From positions 1,803,037-1,867,036 of the forward strand of contig OZ245798.1 in the NCBI GenBank assembly GCA_965228135.1: 64,000 bases of DNA, written 5' to 3'. The stretch is from Tagaea sp. Its GTDB lineage: Bacteria; Pseudomonadota; Alphaproteobacteria; CACIAM-22H2. Positions 48,835 through 58,639 of this stretch are shown piece by piece. The position numbers and the translations under genes were made by a program. The first letter of the stretch is position 1, and each line of letters starts with the position of its first letter. Below the pieces are notes generated by a model. That model saw only the letters and a list, made by a program, of their open reading frames with translations. It did no database searches and was not told the DNA's origin.

Positions 48835-50292
48835 CTACGCTCCGCGCGAGATCGCGTCGCGAACGATTTCGTTACGCTTGGCAAGCTCGCGCTGAATTTC
48901 TTTCAGCCAATTATCATAAGCCTCCCGCTCGCTGCTCAATCGGCGGAGTTCGGATTTCGCGCGATTCTCCTCCACCATTGATAAAGATACATCTCTTTCA
49001 CGCAGGACATTCCCGCTGACGGCGGCAGCGCCAGCCGCCGCGGCCGCACCGACAGCCACGCCCGGCACGGTCATCGCGGCGCCACTGACCGGACCACCGA
49101 TGATCTGAGCAGCAATGGCGTGTGCCGCCGGCGTCCGCACCGCGTTGGCTGTCGCGAATGTCGCCGCCCGCGCCGCATCGGTTGGCAAACGCCCAAAGAA
49201 ACGATCGTTGATCGCTTTCGTTTCGGTCTCGGCGGCCCCTTGACGCGCCTGCGCTTCTTCGATTTTCGTGTCGATCTCCTTCAGATCGCGATCCGATTGC
49301 TGGAGGATCGCCTGAAGATCTTCGTCCGCGAGTTTGGTGAAATCGGGGAAGGGCGGGATTGGCGCATCGGGCTCCCGAACGGTTCCGGGGCCCATAGCGA
49401 TTTGAGTGGGCGGTTCGGTTGGCGACACCTCCGGCGTTTGCGCCACTTGCTGGGCGTCGGTTGCGTGCTCCGCCCGCCCTTCCTCGACCATCGCCGCGTA
49501 TCGCTGCGCGGCGTCCGCGCGCGGCGTGCCGATCGGCGGGCCTTGGGGGATTTCGCTCGCGAGATAGGCGCTCTGGTATTCGGGCTTGTCGCCGAGCGCT
49601 TGGAGCATCGCGCGGGCGAATTTATTGCCCTCGCCGGGGCGGAGCGCTTCCCAGCGCTGGGTCATGTCGCGCGCTTGCATGATCCCGCGCACCGGGTCCT
49701 GATCGACGTATTTCTTGAGCTCCGCCGGAATGCCGTCGAACGAGCCGTTGGCCGAGGCGGCGTGCTTCGCCCAGCTTTCGTTCCATTCGTCGAACCCGGC
49801 CTTCGCCGCCAGTGGGTCCAGGCGGGGATGCGGGTTGACCTTCAATTCCGGCCAGCGATCGATCAGCAACCCGTCCTCGCCCTGGTCGCGAAGTGCGTGA
49901 TGCGCATCGGCCATCGCCGGCGTGGGGGCTGGGAAGCTGGCGAACATGTCGCCGTAATCCTGGCGGAAACGGTTGATCGTCTCGCCATCCGGGCGCAAGA
50001 ACCCGTCGATCTTCAGGCCGTTGCGCTTCTGGTATTCCTTGATCGGCGCATCCAAACGCTCGTTGGCGTAACCCCACGGCCCGTCCAGCCGCTCCAAATC
50101 GAACAAGCCCGCTTGGTTCAACAGGCTTTCGACCTTGATCACGTCGCGGCGGTGATTGGTGCGACCGCGCCCGACCTCGTCGGACAGCGCGAACCAATCG
50201 CTCGATCCCGGCCGGTCGCCGAGCATCAGATCGTCGTCTTGTTTGAGCCAAGTGGGGATGGAAAAGGACATCGAAACGCTCCTGAGCGACAC
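48835..50292 (-). CDS. hypothetical protein with an N-terminal peptidoglycan-binding (PG_binding_1-like) domain and a Gly/Ala-rich glycine-zipper segment
   Basis: VIKVESLLNQAGLFDLERLDGPWGYANERLDAPIKEYQKRNGLKIDGFLRPDGETINRF; later AAHAIAAQIIGGPVSGAAMTVPGVAVGAAAAAGAAAVSGNV followed by coiled coil. Confidence 0.5.
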   Translation of the reverse strand: MSLRSVSMSFSIPTWLKQDDDLMLGDRPGSSDWFALSDEVGRGRTNHRRDVIKVESLLNQAGLFDLERLDGPWGYANERLDAPIKEYQKRNGLKIDGFLRPDGETINRFRQDYGDMFASFPAPTPAMADAHHALRDQGEDGLLIDRWPELKVNPHPRLDPLAAKAGFDEWNESWAKHAASANGSFDGIPAELKKYVDQDPVRGIMQARDMTQRWEALRPGEGNKFARAMLQALGDKPEYQSAYLASEIPQGPPIGTPRADAAQRYAAMVEEGRAEHATDAQQVAQTPEVSPTEPPTQIAMGPGTVREPDAPIPPFPDFTKLADEDLQAILQQSDRDLKEIDTKIEEAQARQGAAETETKAINDRFFGRLPTDAARAATFATANAVRTPAAHAIAAQIIGGPVSGAAMTVPGVAVGAAAAAGAAAVSGNVLRERDVSLSMVEENRAKSELRRLSSEREAYDNWLKEIQRELAKRNEIVRDAISRGA

Positions 50293-50350
50293 GCGGTACG
50301 CTCAGGATCGGCGCATCCAAAAACACGAACAACTTATTTTATTTTAGGAT

Positions 50351-50368
50351 TGAATTCCTAATTTCGCG
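50351..50368. promoter_or_regulatory. inverted repeat TTAGGA-ttgaat-TCCTAA in an AT-rich intergenic region (candidate operator)
   Basis: Seen directly in aacttattttattttaggattgaattcctaatttcgcg. Confidence 0.3.
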
Positions 50369-50649
50369 CCGATGGGAATTTAATCCTCGCCCCCGCCACC
50401 CCGGCGCCGTCGAAGATTTGCGCAAGGCCATGCAGGCACGGAAACGACGGATCGTTTTCGGCGGCACCCAGCAAACGGCCGCGTAAGATCGGGGCGACGA
50501 AAACAAGTCGCGATGCCGCGAACGACACGCTTCAACCTTGCCGATCGCTTCTCGGCAAAACGCCACGACGCGCGAAATTCCAGTGCTTCGGCGCGGCCTC
50601 GAAAACGATTCGATCCCACAAGCCGATGAAAGCGAAGCTAGATTCGCGC

Positions 50650-51093
50650 TCAGCGCCCGCGCGGGGCGATCTTCGACGTTTTGAGACGCGCGAGGAAGGC
50701 GGCTTTATGCGTCGTGCGCCATTCCTCGAAATCCCATGGCGTATCGGAGGCGCGCAGCGCCCCGCTGCCGTCGGGCACATAGACCAGCGCTTGCAGGCGC
50801 TTGCCGTCGGCGCGTTCGACGACCCAGGATTCCGCGCGATAGCCCTTGCCTTCATAGGCGTCGAGCAACGCCTTGGCTTCGGGCGACACGTCCAGCGCCA
50901 GCACGCCCGGCGTCTTCGCGCGGCCGTCGGCGACGACGACCGGGAAGGTCGCGCGTTCGGCCTTGCGCCGGCGCCAGCCGAGCAGCGTGGCGTCCTCCAC
51001 GCGCTTGGGCGCCTTGCCGCCCAGCACCGCGCGGCGCACGGCGGGATCGATCAGCGTGCCGTAGAAGAAAAACTTGAGAGGTGTAACGGCCAT
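50650..51093 (-). CDS. gamma-glutamylcyclotransferase (AIG2-like) family protein
   Basis: FFFYGTLIDPAVRRAVLG; the start is taken at MAVTPLKF. Confidence 0.7.
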   Translation of the reverse strand: MAVTPLKFFFYGTLIDPAVRRAVLGGKAPKRVEDATLLGWRRRKAERATFPVVVADGRAKTPGVLALDVSPEAKALLDAYEGKGYRAESWVVERADGKRLQALVYVPDGSGALRASDTPWDFEEWRTTHKAAFLARLKTSKIAPRGR

Positions 51094-51094
51094 A

Positions 51095-52495
51095 TCAATG
51101 TCCCGCCGCGGCATCTTGCGGCAGGTCAACGCCGGATTTCGCGAGTTGCGCTTCGAGGGCGGCCGTCAAACGCGCCAGCCCCGCTTCGGTTTTCGACTCG
51201 CAGCGCGCGACCAGCACGTCCTGCGTGTTCGACGCGCGCAGCAGCCACCAGCCGTCGGGGCCGTTGACGCGCACGCCGTCGACCGGGTTCACGTCCGCCC
51301 CTTCGGCGGCGAGGCGCTTGCGCACTTCCTCGACCACTTCGCGCTTGCGCGTTTCCGAGCAGGGGAAGCGCAGCTCCGGCGTGTTGATCACGGTCGGCAA
51401 ACGGTCGCGGATATCGGCGAGGCTTTCCGGACGCTTGGCGAGGATCGAGAGCAAGCGAAGCCCCGCATACATCGCGTCGTCGAAACCGTACCAGCCATCG
51501 GCGAAGAAGATATGGCCCGACATTTCGCCCGCGAGCGGTGCCGCCGTTTCGGCCATCTTGGTCTTGATGATCGAATGGCCGGTCTTCCACATCAGCGGCT
51601 TGCCGCCCATGCGCGCGATTTCGTCGAACAGGACCTGGCTCGCCTTCACGTCGGCGATGATGGTCGAGCCCGGCAGACGCGCGAGAATTTCCGAGGCCAG
51701 CACGGCGACGAGCTGGTCGCCCCACAGGATCCGGCCCTTGCCGTCGACCACGCCGATGCGGTCGCCGTCGCCATCGAAGGCGATGCCGAGATCGGCTTTC
51801 TTCGCCGCGACCGCGTCCTGCAATTGGACGAGATTCTTGGCGACCGTCGGATCGGGATGGTGGGCGGGGAAGCGCCCGTCGATTTCGGCGTTCAGCAGCG
51901 TATGCGTGCCGGGCAGCTTGGCGCAGACATCGACCATCACCTGGCCCATGGCGCCGTTGCCCGCATCCCACACGACGTTGAGCTTCTTCCCGTCCTTCGG
52001 GAAATCGCGCAGCAGCCGCGCGACATAGGCCGCGCGCACGTCCACGTCGCTGGCCTTGCCCTTGCCGTCGGCGACTTTGCCTTCGGCGCAGGCCTTGCCC
52101 ATCGCCTGAATGTCGGCGCCCCAGAACGAGGCTTTGCCGATCGTCATCTTGAAGCCGTTGTAATCGGCCGGGTTGTGGCTGCCGGTGATCATCACGCCGC
52201 CGTCGAGGCCCAGATCGCGCGCGGCGAAATAGAGCATCGGCGTGGGGCCGAGCCCCACCTTGCGCACGTCGAGGCCGCAATCGATCAAGCCTTCGATCAC
52301 CTTGCCCGACAATTCGGGCGACGACAGCCGCCCATCCCAGCCGACGGCGACGGTCTTGCCGCCCTTGGCGACGATCGCCGAGCCGAAGCCGCGACCGACC
52401 GCATAGGCATCGGCCGCCGACAAGGTTTTGCCGACGATCCCGCGCACGTCGTATTCGCGAAGAACCGTCGCTTCGAACGCGTGGCGGAACGCCAT
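51095..52495 (-). CDS. phosphomannomutase/phosphoglucomutase (alpha-D-phosphohexomutase)
   Basis: [10 protein letters not shown], active-site [23 protein letters not shown]. The real CDS is [12 protein letters not shown]..., the C-terminal 466 aa of the track ORF. Its 3' coordinate is approximate (1-nt TGATG overlap with ugd). Confidence 0.9.
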   Translation of the reverse strand: MAFRHAFEATVLREYDVRGIVGKTLSAADAYAVGRGFGSAIVAKGGKTVAVGWDGRLSSPELSGKVIEGLIDCGLDVRKVGLGPTPMLYFAARDLGLDGGVMITGSHNPADYNGFKMTIGKASFWGADIQAMGKACAEGKVADGKGKASDVDVRAAYVARLLRDFPKDGKKLNVVWDAGNGAMGQVMVDVCAKLPGTHTLLNAEIDGRFPAHHPDPTVAKNLVQLQDAVAAKKADLGIAFDGDGDRIGVVDGKGRILWGDQLVAVLASEILARLPGSTIIADVKASQVLFDEIARMGGKPLMWKTGHSIIKTKMAETAAPLAGEMSGHIFFADGWYGFDDAMYAGLRLLSILAKRPESLADIRDRLPTVINTPELRFPCSETRKREVVEEVRKRLAAEGADVNPVDGVRVNGPDGWWLLRASNTQDVLVARCESKTEAGLARLTAALEAQLAKSGVDLPQDAAAGH

Positions 52496-53826
52496 CAGCC
52501 GGCCTCCGCGCCCGTGGCGGTCGCGGGGCGGCCGATCGACGTGTACTCGAACCCGGCGGCCTTCATGTCGGCCGGCGCGTAGCAATTGCGCAGATCGACG
52601 ATCACCGGCTTCTTCAAGAGCTTCTTCACGCGGTCGAGCTGCAGCGCGCGGAACTCGTTCCATTCGGTAATGATGAGGGCGCAATCCGCCCCCTCCATCG
52701 CCGAATAGGCGTCCTTGGCGAGTTCGACGCCCGGCAGCATCGCCTTGGCTTCGTGCATGCCTTCGGGATCGTAGGCGACGACCTTCGCACCCGCTTCCTG
52801 CAACGCGGGCAGAATGTCGAGCGAGGGGCTATCGCGCATATCGTCGGTGTTCGGCTTGAAGGTGAGGCCGAGGACCGCGACCGTCTTGCCCTTGACCGAC
52901 CCGCCGCACGCGGCGACGACGCGCTGGGCCATCGCCTTCTTGCGCTTGTCGTTGATGTCGACGACCGTTTCGATGATGCGCAGCGGACTGCCGTAATCCT
53001 GCGCGGTCTTGACCAGGGCCAGCGTATCCTTCGGGAAGCACGAGCCGCCGTAACCGGGGCCGGGATGCAGGAACTTCTTCCCGATGCGCCCGTCGAGGCC
53101 GATCCCCTTGGCGACGTCGTGAACGTCGGCGCCGACCTTCTCGCACAGATCGGCGACTTCGTTGATGAAGGTGATCTTGGCGGCGAGGAACGTGTTCGCC
53201 GCGTATTTGATCAGCTCCGACGTTTCGAGCGACGTGAATACGATCGGCGTTTCGATCAGATACAACGGGCGATAAAGCTGGCGCATCACTTCGCGCGCGC
53301 GCTCGCTTTCCGCCCCGATCACCACGCGGTCGGGGCGCATGAAATCGCCGATCGCGGCACCCTCGCGCAGGAATTCCGGGTTCGACGCGACGTCGAATTG
53401 CGCGTCGGGGCGCACGGCCTTGATGCGGCGCTGGACTTCGCGGCCCGTACCCACCGGCACGGTCGACTTCGTCACGATGACGGCATAGCCGGTCAACGCG
53501 CGGCCGATTTCCTCGGCGGCGGCGTAAACGTAGGAGAGATCCGCATGCCCATCGCCACGGCGCGACGGCGTGCCCACCGCGATGAAGATCGCGTCCGCAC
53601 CCGGCACGGCCTTGGCGAGATCGGTCGTGAAATGCAGGCGGCCCGCCTTCACGTTCGTCTCGACCAGCTTGTCGAGGCCCGGTTCGAAGATCGGAATGCC
53701 GCCCTTGTTCAGGCGTTCGATCTTGCCGGAATCCTTATCGACGCAGGTGACGTCGACGCCGAATTCGGAAAAGCACGCCCCGGTCACCAGGCCCACATAG
53801 CCGGTACCGACCATCACGATGCGCAT
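52495..53826 (-). CDS. ugd: UDP-glucose 6-dehydrogenase
   Basis: [27 protein letters not shown]. Confidence 0.95.
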   Translation of the reverse strand: MRIVMVGTGYVGLVTGACFSEFGVDVTCVDKDSGKIERLNKGGIPIFEPGLDKLVETNVKAGRLHFTTDLAKAVPGADAIFIAVGTPSRRGDGHADLSYVYAAAEEIGRALTGYAVIVTKSTVPVGTGREVQRRIKAVRPDAQFDVASNPEFLREGAAIGDFMRPDRVVIGAESERAREVMRQLYRPLYLIETPIVFTSLETSELIKYAANTFLAAKITFINEVADLCEKVGADVHDVAKGIGLDGRIGKKFLHPGPGYGGSCFPKDTLALVKTAQDYGSPLRIIETVVDINDKRKKAMAQRVVAACGGSVKGKTVAVLGLTFKPNTDDMRDSPSLDILPALQEAGAKVVAYDPEGMHEAKAMLPGVELAKDAYSAMEGADCALIITEWNEFRALQLDRVKKLLKKPVIVDLRNCYAPADMKAAGFEYTSIGRPATATGAEAG

Positions 53827-53914
53827 AGGAAGAATCTCCAGGAGGAAGCGGAGGCCCGGCGCTTCTACAAGCCGGGCCGGATCAAGTCGAGAGGGGTATT
53901 AACCCTTTGTCATA

Positions 53915-54781
53915 TCAGGAGTAACGCTTGACGACCTCGCGCGCGGCGGGGCCCAGATCGGCGCGTTCCAGGGCGAAGGCGATCTGCGCTTCGAAGAATC
54001 CGATCTTGTCGCCGCAATCGAAGCGCTGGCCTTCGAAGCGATAGCCGTGGAACGGCGATTGGCCGATCAGCGGAATCAGCGAGTCCGTCAGCTGGATTTC
54101 GCCGCCCGCACCCTTCTTCTTCTTGTCGAGATGGTCGAAGACGGCGGGCTCCAGGATGTAGCGCCCGATGACCGCGAGATTGGACGGCGCGTCTTCCGGC
54201 TTGGGCTTTTCGACCAGCCCGCGCACTTGCACCAAGCGGCCGTCGTCGCGGCCCGGCGACAAAATGCCGTAGCGGCTGGTATGCGCCTTAGGCACTTCCA
54301 TCGCCGCGACGATATTGCCGCGCACTTCGGGATAGATGTCGATCATCTGTTTCAAGCACGGCGTCTTGGACAGGATCAGATCGTCGGCGAGCAGCACGGC
54401 GAAGGGTTCGTTGCCCACCAGATCGCGCGCGCACCACACGGCGTGGCCCAGGCCCAGCGGCGCTTGCTGGCGCGTATACGCCACATCGCCCGGCGGCGGC
54501 AGCCATTCGCGCAACGCCGCCAATTCGGCGGTCTTGCCGCGCGTCTCCAGCGTGTTCTCCAGCTCGAACGAGTGATCGAAATGATCTTCGATCGTCGTCT
54601 TGTCGCGGCCGGTGACGAAGATCAGCTGTTCGATCCCGGCGGCGCGCGCCTCTTCGACCGCGTATTGGATCAGCGGCTTGTCGACGACCGGCAGCATTTC
54701 TTTCGGCATCGCCTTGGTCGCGGGCAAGAACCGCGTGCCCAAACCGCCGACCGGAAAAATCGCCTTGCGTACGCGCGCCAT
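53915..54781 (-). CDS. galU: UTP--glucose-1-phosphate uridylyltransferase
   Basis: RKAIFPVGGLGTRFLPATKAMPKEMLPVVDKPLIQY; the real start is MARVRKAIF. Confidence 0.9.
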   Translation of the reverse strand: MARVRKAIFPVGGLGTRFLPATKAMPKEMLPVVDKPLIQYAVEEARAAGIEQLIFVTGRDKTTIEDHFDHSFELENTLETRGKTAELAALREWLPPPGDVAYTRQQAPLGLGHAVWCARDLVGNEPFAVLLADDLILSKTPCLKQMIDIYPEVRGNIVAAMEVPKAHTSRYGILSPGRDDGRLVQVRGLVEKPKPEDAPSNLAVIGRYILEPAVFDHLDKKKKGAGGEIQLTDSLIPLIGQSPFHGYRFEGQRFDCGDKIGFFEAQIAFALERADLGPAAREVVKRYS

Positions 54782-54884
54782 CGTCACTCGTCCCGTTGGA
54801 AATAAAGGGGTTCGCGCCGCAATAACGCGCGAACCGGGCCGGTCATGCCATAGGCGGCCGCGTGTCGCAAGTTCCGGTCTTGTT

Positions 54885-55586
54885 CTAGTCCGGCAGCAAC
54901 GTGGCTTTCGCCTGATTGATCTTGGCGGCGAGGTAGTCCGACCCGCCATGGTCGGGATGGACCTTCAGCATCAAGCGGCGATGGGCGGCTTTGATCTCCT
55001 CGGCCGAGGCGGTCTCGGCGACGCCCAGCAGGCGTGCGGCTTCGGCGCGGGACATCGGCCCTTCGCTGGACGATGCGGGCGCCTGCGCTTCCTGGCCGCC
55101 CCGCCATTCGGGGTGGACGCGGTCGAGATAGGCTTCGAGCAATTGTGCCCCCTCGCCGTCTTCGATGCGCAGCGTGCCCAGCAAATCGGCGAGCGCATTG
55201 GGCTCAAGCTCCGACAGGCGCTTGCCGCGATAACGGCCTTGCAGCACCAGCCCGTCGAGCGCGCCGGTCGCGTGATCGAGCTCCATGCGCAGCCATGTGC
55301 TCTCCACGCCCGAGCTTGCCTCGGGATCGGGGGCGCCGGCATTGCGGCCGATCTTCCACGACGTGAACCAACGCGCGAGTTGCGGCCCGTACATCGAGCC
55401 GATCGCCAGCGCCGACCACAAGCGTCCGGTCAGCAGCAGCCACAGACCGGCGATGCCGCCCAGCACGGCGCCGCCGATCTTCGCACCCTTCACCACGTTC
55501 GCGGGCTTGGCGTCGATGAAGCCTTTGACGATCTGCCAAAGCGCAAACGCCAAGATCGTGCCGATGATGAGATAGACGAGAAACAT
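54885..55586 (-). CDS. DjlA-like membrane co-chaperone with a C-terminal J-domain
   Basis: N-terminal TM helices; C-terminal EAARLLGVAETASAEEIKAAHRRLMLKVHPDHGGS (HPD motif). Confidence 0.7.
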   Translation of the reverse strand: MFLVYLIIGTILAFALWQIVKGFIDAKPANVVKGAKIGGAVLGGIAGLWLLLTGRLWSALAIGSMYGPQLARWFTSWKIGRNAGAPDPEASSGVESTWLRMELDHATGALDGLVLQGRYRGKRLSELEPNALADLLGTLRIEDGEGAQLLEAYLDRVHPEWRGGQEAQAPASSSEGPMSRAEAARLLGVAETASAEEIKAAHRRLMLKVHPDHGGSDYLAAKINQAKATLLPD

Positions 55587-55590
55587 CGCC

Positions 55591-56298
55591 CTATCTTACC
55601 TGACGCGCGAGCAAGGCAACCGCCCCGCCTTTGCGCGCCGACATATCGGCCAGCGCCTTGCGCCCGCCCGCCGCGAACGCGGCGACGGCGGCGAGCAGAT
55701 CGCGCAACGCGTCGGCCGCGTTGGCGTCGAACGGGCAATAGGCGCCGCCCGACAGACGCGCGATGGCTTCCAGGGCGCCACGCGCCAACGCGTCGCCGCC
55801 TTCGTGGAACACGAAAACCGGCGTGCCGAGCAAACCCAACTCGCCCGCGTACTTCGCCAGCGCATCGGGATTTTCCTCGACCGCGTCGCCGACGAACACC
55901 AACGCGGCGACCTTCGCGCGCCGGGTCTCGGCGATCCCGTGGCGAAGCACATTGCCGATCTGGGTTTCGCCGGGCGCGCAACGCACCGCGCGCATGCGCG
56001 CGACCAAGGCGGCGGCATCCGCGACGAAGGGTCCGGCCTGAAAATCCGCGAGCCCGCCGTAATGGACGAGTTGCACGTCCAGCCCGCCCAGATCCTTGGC
56101 GGCGAGGAACATCTCGCTTTGCAGCTTGGCAGCACGCTCCCACATCGGCTCGCGGCTGGCCGTCGCATCCAGCGCGAAGATCAGCCGCCCGCGCCGCGCG
56201 GGCGATGCGCCGGGCGCGACGGGCAGCGATTTCACCTTGTCGAGAAAGGCCGCGATATCCTTGCGGTTCGACTTGGCGGGGAGGTTCGGGCCGGACAT
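55591..56298 (-). CDS. von Willebrand factor A-like (VWA) domain protein
   Basis: LIFALDATASREPMWE... shows a MIDAS-like DxTxS; the real CDS is the C-terminal 235 aa of the track ORF. Confidence 0.55.
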   Translation of the reverse strand: MSGPNLPAKSNRKDIAAFLDKVKSLPVAPGASPARRGRLIFALDATASREPMWERAAKLQSEMFLAAKDLGGLDVQLVHYGGLADFQAGPFVADAAALVARMRAVRCAPGETQIGNVLRHGIAETRRAKVAALVFVGDAVEENPDALAKYAGELGLLGTPVFVFHEGGDALARGALEAIARLSGGAYCPFDANAADALRDLLAAVAAFAAGGRKALADMSARKGGAVALLARQVR

Positions 56299-56330
56299 GA
56301 CCCGATTGAAATAGGTTTGTCGGGCGCCGT

Positions 56331-57281
56331 CTACAACGCCGTCGGCAAGGGAGCGGGTTCGGGCGCTTCGCGCACGCCGACGGCGTGGAGAATGGCGCGG
56401 ATTTCCTGGCGCCCGGCGATATGGCTCATCGTCAGCGGCGTGACGATGCCGCGCTCGCGCAGATCGAGCAGCGTAAGGCCCATCAGGAACAATTCGCGGA
56501 ACACGACGCGGTCGCCCAGCCCCGCCGCTTGGCGGAAGCCGAAGCGCTTGGAGAGTGCCTCCAGCGCCTGGGTCATGTTCTTCTTGTTGCGCGCCTCGAC
56601 CGACGCGACGCGGTTGCGCAGCACGAGCCAGTCGATCGACTTCCCGTCGCGCTTGGCGCGGACTTTCTTCTGGTCCCACACCATCGCCGAATAGGCGGAG
56701 GGGCATATGATCTTCAAGCTGACCGGCTCGACCTTCGCGATCAAATCGAGATCGACGAAGCTGTCGTTCATCGGCGTGACCAGCGTGTCGGCGTAGCTAT
56801 GCGCCACGCGGCTGAGCGTTTGGTCGGAGCCGGGCGTGTCGATCACGACCACGTCGTGGCTCGCCACCAACTCGCCCAACGCCGCTTCGAAGCGCTGCGT
56901 TTCGTCCGCCACCGCTTCCGACGGCGCCAGCTTGGAGCGTGCGACCAAGCGGTGATCGGGCAGCGGCAAAGGCAGTTTGAGGCGCTCCATCGTCTGGGCG
57001 CGGTTTTCGAGATAGCGGGTCAGCGTCGCCTGGCGGGAATCGACGTCGATCGTGCCGACCTTCAGGCCTTCGCGCAGCAGGCCGACGACCAGATGCATCG
57101 CCACGGTCGACTTGCCCGACCCGCCTTTTTCGTTGCCCAGCACGATGATTCGCGCCCGTTGCTGCATTGCGGGGGCGGTGTCAAAATTCGCGGCCGACGC
57201 GCCGTGCGGGCCCAAATCGGGGTCCGCAGCGCCGAACAAGCCCGTTTGGCCGGTCGAATCGCCCAGGGAATCGGAAGTCAT
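56331..57281 (-). CDS. mipZ: division-plane positioning ATPase MipZ (ParA/MinD superfamily)
   Basis: RIIVLGNEKGGSGKSTVAMHLVVGLL, IDTPGSDQTLSRVAHSYADTLVTPMNDSFVDLDLI, and WLVLRNRVASVEARNKKN are collinear with Caulobacter MipZ. The ORF has a ~40-aa low-complexity N-terminal extension; the alternative start is MQQRARIIV at 57167. Confidence 0.85.
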   Translation of the reverse strand: MTSDSLGDSTGQTGLFGAADPDLGPHGASAANFDTAPAMQQRARIIVLGNEKGGSGKSTVAMHLVVGLLREGLKVGTIDVDSRQATLTRYLENRAQTMERLKLPLPLPDHRLVARSKLAPSEAVADETQRFEAALGELVASHDVVVIDTPGSDQTLSRVAHSYADTLVTPMNDSFVDLDLIAKVEPVSLKIICPSAYSAMVWDQKKVRAKRDGKSIDWLVLRNRVASVEARNKKNMTQALEALSKRFGFRQAAGLGDRVVFRELFLMGLTLLDLRERGIVTPLTMSHIAGRQEIRAILHAVGVREAPEPAPLPTAL

Positions 57282-57382
57282 GCTCTATTTTACCTCGAAT
57301 GCCCCACGCCGCCCGGCTTGAAAATTTTGCGGCGAGGCGTGCGCGATTCCCGGACCCCTGCTAAACATATGCGTCTAAACAA

Positions 57383-58639
57383 ATGACACAGCCTCAAACA
57401 TCCGGCTCCGCCGCCGCCGCCACGTTCCGCCTGCGCCAGGTCGCGGAACGCCATTGGGCCTATATCTTCGGTAAATCCGGCGGCCAGCGCGCCGATAGCC
57501 GCAAGCAGAACTTCGCCTTCGCGACATTGTCGGGGGGCAATCTCTCCTCGGCCATCCTGTCGAGTTCGAACTTCGCGAACTGCACGCTGACCGATTGCGA
57601 TTTCTCGATGGCCGATCTGTTCGCCTGCGATTTCTCGGGCGCCGATCTCACCCGCAGCGTGTTCCGCAAGGCCGATCTGCGCGCCGCATCCTTCGTGCGC
57701 GCCAAACTGCGCGGCGCGGATCTGTCGGGCTGCGATCTGCGCCCGGGCCAAATCGTCGATTGGGCCGGCCTGCAATCCGACACCAAGGAACGCGCCGCAA
57801 GCTTCGAGAACGCGGACATGGAAACCGCCGCGCTGGATTCCACCGACATGTCCTTCGCCAATATGGCGGGGGCGTCGCTGAAAAGCGCGTCGCTGGCCGG
57901 CGCCACGTTGTTCTGCGCCAATCTGCGCGGTGCGGATCTGACCGGCGTGAAGCTCGACGGCGCCAAGCTGAAAGGCGCCATGCTGACCGGCGCCAAGCTC
58001 AACGGCGCCTCGTTGCGCAACACCGATCTGTCGGGCGTGGACTTACGCAACGTCGAAATGAACAACGTGCAGATGGCCGGCGCCAAGCTGGAAGGCACGA
58101 TCTACGCCGATCCGCCGGCGGGCGCCAATCTGCCCGCGCGCTACAAGGAACAGATCGAGCAGCACGCGCTGTGGGTCACGACGAACGGCAAGCAGGGTGC
58201 GCGCGCGGAATTCGGCGGCCAAGATTTGTCGGATGTCGATTTCGGCGGCTGCGAATTGTCGGGCGCCAAATTCGACGGCGCGATTTTAAGCCGCAGCCGC
58301 TTCGTCGCCGCCACGCTGAAGCTCGCCACGTTCCTGTCGGTGCGCGCGGAGAAGTCGGATTTCTCCGACGCGAATATCTCCGGCGCGCAGCTGCTGGGCG
58401 CGCGTCTGGAAGGGGCGATGTTCGGCGGCGCCGTCGGCCACCCGATGGAAATCATCGCCCCCGACGGCACGTCCACCGGACGGCGTTTGACCACCAATCT
58501 CAGCAAGGCGTCGCTGATCGGCGCCGATCTGCGCGGGGCCGATCTGCGCGAAGCGGATTTCCGCGGTGCCGATCTGCGCGGCGCCAACCTCGCCGGCGCC
58601 TATGTCGACGGCGCGCTGTTCGAGGGCACGCAGCGCTGA
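57383..58639 (+). CDS. pentapeptide-repeat protein
   Basis: Dozens of A(D/N)LxG/A-type pentapeptide repeats (ADLSGCDL, ANLRGADLTG, ADLRGADLREADFRGADLRGANLAGA). Confidence 0.85.
   Translation: MTQPQTSGSAAAATFRLRQVAERHWAYIFGKSGGQRADSRKQNFAFATLSGGNLSSAILSSSNFANCTLTDCDFSMADLFACDFSGADLTRSVFRKADLRAASFVRAKLRGADLSGCDLRPGQIVDWAGLQSDTKERAASFENADMETAALDSTDMSFANMAGASLKSASLAGATLFCANLRGADLTGVKLDGAKLKGAMLTGAKLNGASLRNTDLSGVDLRNVEMNNVQMAGAKLEGTIYADPPAGANLPARYKEQIEQHALWVTTNGKQGARAEFGGQDLSDVDFGGCELSGAKFDGAILSRSRFVAATLKLATFLSVRAEKSDFSDANISGAQLLGARLEGAMFGGAVGHPMEIIAPDGTSTGRRLTTNLSKASLIGADLRGADLREADFRGADLRGANLAGAYVDGALFEGTQR

Noticed and set aside
55490-56706. Over-extended and antisense ORFs around the VWA gene (55490-56143, 55804-56694, N-terminal part of 55591-56706)
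   Set aside because: Only the C-terminal 235 aa of the minus-strand frame looks protein-like; the rest is R-rich.
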